A stretch of DNA of 32,237 nt. It comes from an uncultured Archangiaceae bacterium. Lineage in GTDB: Bacteria > Myxococcota > Myxococcia > Myxococcales > Myxococcaceae. A model generated the notes under the pieces. The model did no database searches. It saw only the letters and a list, made by a program, of their open reading frames with translations, and was not told the origin of the DNA. The stretch covers positions 1-32,237 of the forward strand of contig CBFGSI010000086.1 of the NCBI GenBank assembly GCA_965651385.1, read 5' to 3'. Shown piece after piece: positions 16,392-24,017 of the stretch; position 1 is the stretch's first letter; each line of letters opens with the position of its first letter. Position numbers and translations under genes: made by a program.

Positions 16392-17396
16392 ATGAGGCAT
16401 CTCACCCACATCCAGGATCTGGGCCCCGCAGGCGTGGAGGAGATCCTCACGCGGGCGGTGACGTGGAAGCGCCAGTCCCCCGGCGCCGTGTTCCAGGGCC
16501 GGCTGCTGGGCATGGTCTTCTTCAACCCCAGCCTGCGTACGCGCACGTCCTTCGAGGCGGTCATGCTGCGGGCGGGTGGGCACGCCATCGTCCTGGACGT
16601 GGGCAACGGCGTGTGGAAGCTGGAGGATCGCCCCGGCGCGGTGATGAACGGGGATCGGGCTGAGCACATCCAGGAGGCGGCGCCGGTGCTCTCGCGCTTC
16701 GTGGACATGCTGGGGGTGCGCACTTTCTCGGCGGGTGGAGGCGACGAGCAGGACGAGAGCGATCCGGTCATCAACGCCTTTCGCCGGCACGTGACGGTGC
16801 CGCTGGTGAGCATGGAGTCGGCGCGGGAGCACCCGTGCCAGGGGCTGGCGGACGTGCTCACGCTGCGGGAGTCGTTCGGGGACACGCGGCGGCTGCCCGT
16901 GACGCTGACATGGGCGCCGCACATCAAGCCGCTACCGAAGGCGGTGCCCAACTCGTTCCTGCTCACCGCGGCGGCGGCGGGCTGCGAGGTGCGGGTGGCG
17001 CACCCTCCGGGCTTCGAACTGCACCCGCAGGTGCGCGCCGAGGCGGAGGCCTATGCCAAGGCCACCGGCGGCAGCATCACGTACACGCACCAGCAGGACG
17101 AGGCGCTGGCGGGCAGCCGCGCCGTGTATGCGAAGGCCTGGGGCCCGGCCACCCGCGGCGGGTATGCGCCGGGGGATGTGGCGGCGCTGATGGGCTCGTA
17201 CGCGGGCTGGATGCCCACTCGGCGCGCCATGGCCCGCGCGGCCAAGGACGCCATCTTCCTGCATTGCCTGCCGGTGCGCCGCAACGTCGAGGTCGCCGAC
17301 GACGTGCTGGATCACCCCTCCAGCCGAGTCATCAACGAGGCGGAGAACCGCTTCCACGTCCAGCGCTCGCTGATCCACTGGCTCCTGGCCGCCTGA
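16392..17396 (+). CDS. argF': Carbamoyltransferase of the OTCase/ATCase fold, probably N-acetylornithine (ArgF') rather than canonical ornithine carbamoyltransferase
   Basis: 334 aa. The carbamoyl-phosphate motif is FFNPSLRTRTSFE (SxRTR), and HCLPVRR is near the C-terminus. The OTC-specific DxxxSMG ornithine loop is absent. GAGAGGA lies upstream of the ATG. It is the first gene of the arg operon, directly downstream of the ARG boxes. Confidence 0.75.
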   Translation: MRHLTHIQDLGPAGVEEILTRAVTWKRQSPGAVFQGRLLGMVFFNPSLRTRTSFEAVMLRAGGHAIVLDVGNGVWKLEDRPGAVMNGDRAEHIQEAAPVLSRFVDMLGVRTFSAGGGDEQDESDPVINAFRRHVTVPLVSMESAREHPCQGLADVLTLRESFGDTRRLPVTLTWAPHIKPLPKAVPNSFLLTAAAAGCEVRVAHPPGFELHPQVRAEAEAYAKATGGSITYTHQQDEALAGSRAVYAKAWGPATRGGYAPGDVAALMGSYAGWMPTRRAMARAAKDAIFLHCLPVRRNVEVADDVLDHPSSRVINEAENRFHVQRSLIHWLLAA

Positions 17397-17412
17397 CACC
17401 CCGAGGTCGCAC

Positions 17413-18264
17413 GTGCCCTTCTCTCCCGATCCCTATGCGGCGCTGCGCTCCGCGGCGCGCTACGTCCGGCAGTTCCGCCGGAAGACGTTCGTGGTGCTCC
17501 TCGACGGGCCCGTGCTCGGAGAGGCCCGGCTGCGACGCGCGGTGTGCGAGCAGCTCGCCCTGCTGTGGACGTTCTCTATCCAGCCCGTGGTGGTGCACGG
17601 CGCGGGCCCGGAGGTGGACTCCCCCTTCGACGCCCTGTCGGGCCGGCTGCGCATGGACCTGCTGGCAGACCTGCAGGCCGCGGGCGTTCCCTGCGTAAGC
17701 CTGAGCGGCGTGGACGCGGGGTTGCTCAAGGGCCGGCGACGCTCCAGCGACGCGGCGGCGGAGCCTGGCGCCGAGAGCGGCCGGCCGGGAGGCTATGGCC
17801 TGATCGGTGACATCGAGTCCGTGGATACGCGGCTGCTGCAGCACCTGCGTACCGGGGACTATGTGCCGGTGGTGGCTCCGCTCGCGGGCGATCCCTCGGG
17901 CGCTGTCTACAACGCGAGTGCGGACACGGTGGCCGCGACGCTGGCGGCGGCGCTTGGCGCCGAAAAGCTCTTCTTCCTGCTGCCAACGCCCGGCCTGCTC
18001 CGGGAGCCGACGGAGCCCACCTCGCTCATTCCCCAGGCCACGCTCGTGGATCTGGCGGCGCTGGAGCAGGAGGGCCGGCTGCTCGGCTCGCTCCAATCCA
18101 AGGCCCACGCCATCCGCCACGCCTTGGTGAACGGGGTGGGCAGCGTGCACCTGGTGAGCGGCGTGCTGCCCAACGCCTTGCTGGAGGAGGTCTTCACCAA
18201 CGAGGGCAGCGGCACCATGGTGCTGAGGGAGGCTCCCGCGCGGAGCCCGGGAGGGGAATCATGA
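17413..18264 (+). CDS. argB: Amino-acid kinase family, acetylglutamate kinase ArgB
   Basis: GTG start. VVVHGAGPEV and NASADTVAATLAAALGAEKLFFL are typical NAGK segments. The N-terminal glycine-rich motif is divergent (FVVLLDG instead of VIKxGG). The stop overlaps the next gene (ATGA). Confidence 0.75.
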   Translation: MPFSPDPYAALRSAARYVRQFRRKTFVVLLDGPVLGEARLRRAVCEQLALLWTFSIQPVVVHGAGPEVDSPFDALSGRLRMDLLADLQAAGVPCVSLSGVDAGLLKGRRRSSDAAAEPGAESGRPGGYGLIGDIESVDTRLLQHLRTGDYVPVVAPLAGDPSGAVYNASADTVAATLAAALGAEKLFFLLPTPGLLREPTEPTSLIPQATLVDLAALEQEGRLLGSLQSKAHAIRHALVNGVGSVHLVSGVLPNALLEEVFTNEGSGTMVLREAPARSPGGES

Positions 18265-19328
18265 CGCCTGCTGCCCTGCTCGAGGCCCTCGTGGCCACGC
18301 CCAGCGTCTCTGGCCATGAGGAGCGTCTGGCCGATCAGGTCGCCGCCTGGGCCGAAGGCTGGGGCGCACGCGTCCACCGCCAGGGCCACAACGTGTGGTT
18401 CTCGGTGGGCCGCGGCTCGCGGCGCATGCTCGTCAACTCGCACCTGGACACGGTGCAGCCGTGCGCTGGGTGGACACTGGAGCCGCACCAGCCGGTGTGG
18501 CGCGAGGGGCGGCTGTACGGGCTGGGCAGCAATGACGCCAAGGGCTGCGTGGCGTCGATGCTGCTGGCCGCGCGCGCGCTGCTGGAGAACCCCAGCGCCC
18601 TGGAGGGGCGGGGCGAGGTCGTCTTCGCCTTCACCGCCGAGGAGGAGACGGGCGGTGCCGGGCTGGGCACGGTGCTGCCGGTGCTCGGGCCCCTGGACGC
18701 GGCCGTGGTGGGTGAGCCCACGGGGCTGAAGCCGTGCACCGCCCAGCGAGGGCTGCTGCTGCTGCGCTGCGTGGCCCATGGCCGCTCGGCGCATGTGGCG
18801 CACGCGGAGTCCGCCGAGGCCGAGAACGCCATCCACGTGGCGGCGCGGGACATCTCCCTGCTGTCCGAGCTGCGCTTCCCCCCACACCCGCTGCTGGGCG
18901 AGGCGCGGGCGCAGGTGACGCAGATCCAGGGCGGGCTGGCGCGCAACCAGGTGCCGGATCGATGCGAGTTCTTCGTGGATCTGCGCACCACGCCGGGGAT
19001 GAACCACAAGGCGGTGGCCGCGCAGCTCGCCAGCGCATTGCGCAGCGAGGTGCTGGTGCACTCCGAGCGCTACCTGCCCAAGGCCACGCCGGAGAGCGAG
19101 CCCATCGTCCGCGCGGCGGTGGCCGCCTCGGGCCTGGCGCCCGTGGGCTCGAGCACCGCGTCCGACTGGGCCTTCCTGAGCGATGTGCCCACGGTGAAGG
19201 TGGGACCTGGCGACACGCTGCGCTCGCACCGGGCCGATGAGTACCTCTCGCTGGTGGAGTTGGAGGCGGGGGTGACGTTCTACCAGCGGCTCATCCATGG
19301 CTACTTCGAGGAGGTGGCCCGTGGCTGA
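18261..19328 (+). CDS. argE: M20-family deacylase (ArgE/DapE-like), probably acetylornithine/acetylcitrulline deacetylase
   Basis: LVATPSVSGHEERLADQV...NSHLDTVQP...GSNDAKGCVASMLLAA...FTAEEETGG are M20 metal-binding and catalytic motifs. Its position in the arg operon sets the functional assignment. Confidence 0.8.
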   Translation: MTPAALLEALVATPSVSGHEERLADQVAAWAEGWGARVHRQGHNVWFSVGRGSRRMLVNSHLDTVQPCAGWTLEPHQPVWREGRLYGLGSNDAKGCVASMLLAARALLENPSALEGRGEVVFAFTAEEETGGAGLGTVLPVLGPLDAAVVGEPTGLKPCTAQRGLLLLRCVAHGRSAHVAHAESAEAENAIHVAARDISLLSELRFPPHPLLGEARAQVTQIQGGLARNQVPDRCEFFVDLRTTPGMNHKAVAAQLASALRSEVLVHSERYLPKATPESEPIVRAAVAASGLAPVGSSTASDWAFLSDVPTVKVGPGDTLRSHRADEYLSLVELEAGVTFYQRLIHGYFEEVARG

Positions 19329-20673
19329 GAGCGTGCTCTGGTCCAAGGGGCTGCCGCTGGACGAGGCCATCCACCGCTTCACGGTGGGGGATGATCCGGT
19401 GGTGGACCTGGCGCTGGTGCCGCATGACGCGCTCGGCAGCGCGGCGCACGCGCGGATGCTGGCCCGCGTGGGGCTGCTGCCCGAGGCGGACATGCGGGCG
19501 CTGGTGGCCGCCCTGCGCGCGCTCCAGGAGGAGGCTCGGGCGGGGAGCTTCACCATCCGCCCCGAGCAGGAGGACGGGCACACCGCGCTGGAGGCGGCGC
19601 TGGTGACGCGCGTGGGCGAGCCCGGGCGGCGCATCCACCTGGGCCGCTCTCGTAACGACCAGGTGCAGCTCTCGATGCGGCTGTGGCTGCGCGATCAGGC
19701 GCTGGGGCTGGGCGCTCGCGCGGCGGAGCTGGCTGGCGTCTTCCTGGACTTTGCCCAGGCGCACGCGGACGCGCCGATGCCGGGCTACACGCACCTGCGG
19801 CGCGCCATGCCGAGCACCTTCGGGCTGTGGGGCCTCGCCTTCGCCGAGGGGCTGCTGGAGGAGTTGGAGGCGCTGCGCGGCCTGTGGGCCCGGCTGGATC
19901 GCTGCCCGCTGGGCGCCGCGGCTGGCTTCGGCGTGCCGCTGCCCATCGATCGCGAGTACGTGGCGAGCCTGCTCGGCTTCTCGCGCGTGCAGCGCAGCCC
20001 CATCGACGTGCAGAACAGCCGGGGCCGGCACGAGGCGGCGGCGCTGGGGTGGGCGTGCTCGGTGGCGGGCGGCCTGGAGAAGTGGCTGTGGGACGTGGCC
20101 CTCTTCAGCACCGAGGAGTTCGGCTTCCTGGCGCTGCCGGATGCCTTCACCACCGGATCGTCCATCATGCCGCAGAAGAAGAACCCGGACGTGGTGGAGC
20201 TGGCACGCGCGCGCTGCCGGGAGCTGCGCGGCCAGGCCCGGCAGGTGGAGGAGATCGCCAGCGGGCTGCCCTCCAGCTACCACCGCGACTTCCAGCTCCT
20301 CAAGCGCCCCACCCTGGCCGCGGTGGGCTCGCTGCGGGAGCTGCTGGAGGTGCTCACGCGCCTGGTGCCCGCGCTCCAGGTCCGCGCCGAGGCCGCAGCC
20401 CGCGCCTGCGATGACACGTTGTACGCGGCGCACCAGGCCTACGTGCTGGCCGGGCGGGGCCTGCCCTTCCGAGACGCCTACCGCGAGGTGGCGCGCCAGC
20501 TCGGCGACGGCACCTTTCAGCCGGATCGCGCCGCGCTGACGGCCACGCACCTGGGCGGCGCCGGCAACCTGGGCCTGGAGCAGGCTCGCGCCGAGCTGGC
20601 CACCGCCCGCGCCTGGCTCACCGATACCCACGGCGCGCTCGCCACCTGCGCCGAGCGCGTCTGGCAACCCTGA
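19297..20673 (+). CDS. argH: Argininosuccinate lyase
   Basis: 458 aa. GRSRNDQV and the fumarase/ASL signature region (GSSIMPQKKNPD) are present. An alternative GTG start at 19321 would give an 8-nt overlap with argE instead of 32 nt. Confidence 0.95.
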   Translation: MATSRRWPVAESVLWSKGLPLDEAIHRFTVGDDPVVDLALVPHDALGSAAHARMLARVGLLPEADMRALVAALRALQEEARAGSFTIRPEQEDGHTALEAALVTRVGEPGRRIHLGRSRNDQVQLSMRLWLRDQALGLGARAAELAGVFLDFAQAHADAPMPGYTHLRRAMPSTFGLWGLAFAEGLLEELEALRGLWARLDRCPLGAAAGFGVPLPIDREYVASLLGFSRVQRSPIDVQNSRGRHEAAALGWACSVAGGLEKWLWDVALFSTEEFGFLALPDAFTTGSSIMPQKKNPDVVELARARCRELRGQARQVEEIASGLPSSYHRDFQLLKRPTLAAVGSLRELLEVLTRLVPALQVRAEAAARACDDTLYAAHQAYVLAGRGLPFRDAYREVARQLGDGTFQPDRAALTATHLGGAGNLGLEQARAELATARAWLTDTHGALATCAERVWQP

Positions 20674-20701
20674 AACAACGCAGCGAGGAACCTGAGGAAC
20701 C

Positions 20702-21892
20702 ATGAGCAAGAAACCCGTGGTGCTGGCCTTCTCCGGCGGCTTGGACACCTCCTTCTGCGTGGTCTACCTGCGCGAGCAGGGCCATGCGGTCACCACCGTC
20801 ACCGTGGACACCGGGGGCTTCCCGGCGGACGCGCTGGCGCGCATGGCCGAGCACTCGGCCCGTCTGGGCGCGGTGGCCCACCACACGGTGGATGCGCGCG
20901 CGCTGCTCTTCGAGGACTACCTGCGCCACCTGCTCGCGGGCAACGTGCTGCGCGGCCAGGCCTACCCGCTGAGCGTGTCCGCCGAGCGCGTGTGCCAGGC
21001 CTCCGAGGTGGTGCGGGTGGCGCGTGAGGTGGGCGCCCAGGCGCTGGCCCACGGCTCCACGGGCGCGGGCAATGATCAGGTGCGCTTCGACGTGGCCTTC
21101 CGCGCGCTGGCGCCGCACCTGGAGCTGATCACTCCCATTCGTGAGCTGGGGCTCAGCCGGGCGCAGGAGATGTCCTTCCTGGCCGAGCGCGGCTTCCACC
21201 TGCCGGCGAAGACGGGGGCCTACTCCGTCAACGAGGGCATGTGGGGCACCAGCGTGGGAGGCCAGGAGACGCACGACTCGTGGAGCGCGCTGCCCGAGGC
21301 GGCCTACCCCGGCGGCCAGGTGCCCTCGGATCTGAAGCCGCGCACGCTGGTGCTGAGCTTCGAGCGTGGGCGTCCGGTGGCGCTGGATGGGAAGGCCCTG
21401 TCACCCGTGGAGCTCATCTCCGAGCTGAACGCGCTGGGCCAGCCCTACGGCGTGGGGCGCGGCATCCACCTGGGAGACACGATCCTGGGCATCAAGGGCC
21501 GCGTGGGCTTCGAGGCGCCTGCGGCGATCATGCTCATCACCGCGCACCGGGAGCTGGAGAAGCTGGTGCTCTCGGGCAAGCAGCTCTTCTGGAAGGAGAC
21601 GCTGGGCAACCTCTACGGCACGCTGCTGCACGAGGGGCACTTCTTCGATCCGCTGGCGCGGGACGTGGAGGCGTACCTGACTTCCTCGCAGGAGCGGGTG
21701 ACGGGCGAGGCGCGGCTGACGCTGTACCCGCACGCGGTGGCGGTGGAGGGGGTACGCTCGCCGCACTCGCTCATGGATGCGAAGGTGGCCAGCTACGGCG
21801 AGGCCAACCACCTGTGGACCGGAGCGGAGGCCGCGGGGTTCGCCAAGGTGTACGGCGTGGCGCAGACGCTGGCGCTCCAGGTGAAGCCATGA
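20702..21892 (+). CDS. argG: Argininosuccinate synthase
   Basis: MSKKPVVLAFSGGLDTS (PP-loop), then AHGSTGAGNDQVRFD and further full-length matches. 396 aa. Confidence 0.95.
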   Translation: MSKKPVVLAFSGGLDTSFCVVYLREQGHAVTTVTVDTGGFPADALARMAEHSARLGAVAHHTVDARALLFEDYLRHLLAGNVLRGQAYPLSVSAERVCQASEVVRVAREVGAQALAHGSTGAGNDQVRFDVAFRALAPHLELITPIRELGLSRAQEMSFLAERGFHLPAKTGAYSVNEGMWGTSVGGQETHDSWSALPEAAYPGGQVPSDLKPRTLVLSFERGRPVALDGKALSPVELISELNALGQPYGVGRGIHLGDTILGIKGRVGFEAPAAIMLITAHRELEKLVLSGKQLFWKETLGNLYGTLLHEGHFFDPLARDVEAYLTSSQERVTGEARLTLYPHAVAVEGVRSPHSLMDAKVASYGEANHLWTGAEAAGFAKVYGVAQTLALQVKP

Positions 21893-22950
21893 AAGTGCAC
21901 GTGGACAAGGTCGGCAGCGTCACCCGCAACCTGCGGCTGGGGCGCACGGTGCACCTCACCTCCGAGATCCAGGCCATGGAGGGCGCCGTGCTCGCGGCGC
22001 GGATTCATGGGGAGAAGTCCAGCTACAACGAGCTCGAGGACGAGCACGGGCGGCTGGTGAAGCTGCACGACGGCGACATCATCGTGGGGGCGCTGGGCCA
22101 CCGCAACGCGCTGCATGGATACGAGGGCGTGGTGCCGGAGCGGGTGGTGGAGGGGCAGCGGCTGCACGTGCTCAACATGGGCGGGGTGATCGGCCAGTGC
22201 ACCTCGCACAACCCGGGGGTAGGCACACCCTTCGAGGCGGAGGTGCTGGGCCAGGTGCTGATGTTCCCCGACTTCCAGTCGCGCGAGGGGCAGCCGGCCC
22301 ACATCCGGGCCGGAGCGCTGAAGGGCTCGGCCGGGCCGGTGGGCATTCCCGTGGTGTACGTGGTGGGCACGTGCATGAACGCGGGGAAGACGTACGCCTC
22401 GTGCGCGCTGGTGCGGCGGTTGATGCAGGCTGGCTACCGGGTGGGCGGGGCGAAGCTCACGGGCGTGTCGCTCATGCGGGACACGCTGAGCATGCGGGAC
22501 TCGGGCGCGGAGGTGGTCATGGACTTCACGGATGCGGGCACGGTGTGCACGAGCCCGAAGTCCGCGGCGTGGGTGACGCGCATCATCCTGTCCGAGCTGG
22601 CTGCCTCCGAGGTGGACGTGATCGTCGCGGAGACAGGGGATGGGATCATGGGCGAGTACGGCGTGCAGGCGATCCTCGGGGATCCGGCGCTGCGCGAGCT
22701 GGGGGCGGCGTGGGTGCTGTGCGCGAATGATCCCGTGGGGGCCTCGGGCGGGGTGCGCCACCTGCGCGAGGCCTATGGCATCCAGGCGGACGTGGTGTCC
22801 GGGCCGGCGACGGACAATCGGGTGGGCATCCGCTTCGTGGAGCGTGAGGTGGGGTTGCCCGCTCACAACGCCCGGGCGGACGCCGCGGGCCTGGGTGGGT
22901 TGATTCTCGAGAAGATCGCGCCGCAGCTCGCGGGGAGGAAGAGCGCATGA
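21889..22950 (+). CDS. Conserved hypothetical protein (353 aa) embedded in the arg operon, with a P-loop-like GTCMNAGKT motif, possibly DUF1611-like
   Basis: The ATG overlaps the argG stop (ATGA) and its own stop overlaps the argC ATG (ATGA). GC3 is high. The N-terminal ~130 aa are followed by VVYVVGTCMNAGKTYASCALVRRLMQAGYRVGGAKLTG and a Rossmann-like remainder. There is no GNAT, aminotransferase or ArgJ signature. The track's 569-aa ORF (21241..22950) is this gene fused to an out-of-frame read-through of argG. Confidence 0.6.
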   Translation: MKVHVDKVGSVTRNLRLGRTVHLTSEIQAMEGAVLAARIHGEKSSYNELEDEHGRLVKLHDGDIIVGALGHRNALHGYEGVVPERVVEGQRLHVLNMGGVIGQCTSHNPGVGTPFEAEVLGQVLMFPDFQSREGQPAHIRAGALKGSAGPVGIPVVYVVGTCMNAGKTYASCALVRRLMQAGYRVGGAKLTGVSLMRDTLSMRDSGAEVVMDFTDAGTVCTSPKSAAWVTRIILSELAASEVDVIVAETGDGIMGEYGVQAILGDPALRELGAAWVLCANDPVGASGGVRHLREAYGIQADVVSGPATDNRVGIRFVEREVGLPAHNARADAAGLGGLILEKIAPQLAGRKSA

Positions 22951-24017
22951 CACGGGTTCACGCTTACGTGCTGGGGGCTGCTGGCTTCGGCGGGGGTGAG
23001 CTACTCCGGTTGCTGTCCGGGCACCCCTCGGTGGCCGCCGTGCGCGCGGTGTCCCGTCCCCACGCGGACATGCCCCTCTACAAGGTGCACCCGCACCTGC
23101 GCGGGCTCATGGAAGGGCGCTTCGACGCGGAGCCAGACTGGCGGTGGCTGACGGACTCGCCGCAGCCGGTGGTCTTCTCCGTGCTGGAGGAAGAGGAGCT
23201 GGCCCGGCAGCTCCCCGCGCTGGAGAAGCAGTGGGCGGAGCTGAAGCTCAATGAGCGGCTCGTGCTGGTGGACCTTTCCCCGGACTTCCGGCTGGAGCAC
23301 CCGGGGCGCTACGCGGCGACGCATGGCCGACCCCACCCGGCGCCGGAGCTGCTCGAGCGCTTCGTGTACGGGCTTCCCGAGTGGCGGCGTGAGAAGCTCA
23401 AGGGGGCCCGGCGCATCGCCAACCCGGGCTGCTTCGCCACGGCCGTGCAACTGGGGCTGTTGCCAGTAGCCTCGACGCCGGGCCTGGGGCTGATCGCGGC
23501 GACGGCGATGACGGGATCGTCCGGCTCGGGGGCGTTGCCGGGCGAGGTCACCCACCACCCCACCCGCGCGCATGACTTCCGCGCGTACCGGGCGCTGGAG
23601 CACCCGCAGGAGGCGGAGATGGATGTGATGCTGGTGGCGCACAAGGCCTCGCGCCACAGGCTCACCTTCGTGCCGCACTCAGCGCCTCTCGTGCGAGGGA
23701 TCTTCGCCACGGTGCAGTTCGAGTGGCCGGAGAACGCCGGGGGCGTGAGCACCGAGTCCCTGAGCGCGATCTTCCGGCGCTACTATGAAGGCTCCCCGCT
23801 CGTGCGGGTGGTGGAGGGGACTCCGCGGCTGGCCTCGGTCGTGGGCAGCAACTTCTGCGACATCGCCGTGGCCACTCGGGGGCGCACGGTCGCGGTGATG
23901 GTGGCCCTGGACAACCTGGTCAAGGGCATGGCCGGGCAGGCCGTGCAGAACATGAACGTGGCGCTCGGCCTGCCCGAGGACACCGCCCTGCGACAGGCGG
24001 CCTGCTACCCCTGCTGA
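22947..24017 (+). CDS. argC: N-acetyl-gamma-glutamyl-phosphate reductase
   Basis: VLGAAGFGGGELLRLL (NAD(P)-binding), RIANPGCFATAVQLGLLP (active-site Cys) and a C-terminal dimerisation domain. 356 aa. Confidence 0.9.
   Translation: MTRVHAYVLGAAGFGGGELLRLLSGHPSVAAVRAVSRPHADMPLYKVHPHLRGLMEGRFDAEPDWRWLTDSPQPVVFSVLEEEELARQLPALEKQWAELKLNERLVLVDLSPDFRLEHPGRYAATHGRPHPAPELLERFVYGLPEWRREKLKGARRIANPGCFATAVQLGLLPVASTPGLGLIAATAMTGSSGSGALPGEVTHHPTRAHDFRAYRALEHPQEAEMDVMLVAHKASRHRLTFVPHSAPLVRGIFATVQFEWPENAGGVSTESLSAIFRRYYEGSPLVRVVEGTPRLASVVGSNFCDIAVATRGRTVAVMVALDNLVKGMAGQAVQNMNVALGLPEDTALRQAACYPC

Noticed and set aside
17907-20748. 575-aa and 485-aa minus-strand ORFs opposite argE'/argH
   Set aside because: Antisense shadows. 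The + strand genes carry clear M20 and argininosuccinate-lyase signatures.
21241-22950. 569-aa ORF in the track fusing the argG region to the downstream unknown gene
   Set aside because: The first ~215 codons are an alternative frame of argG (Arg/Gly/Ala-rich nonsense). A genuine ATG at 21889 with ATGA coupling to the argG stop gives a coherent 353-aa protein.
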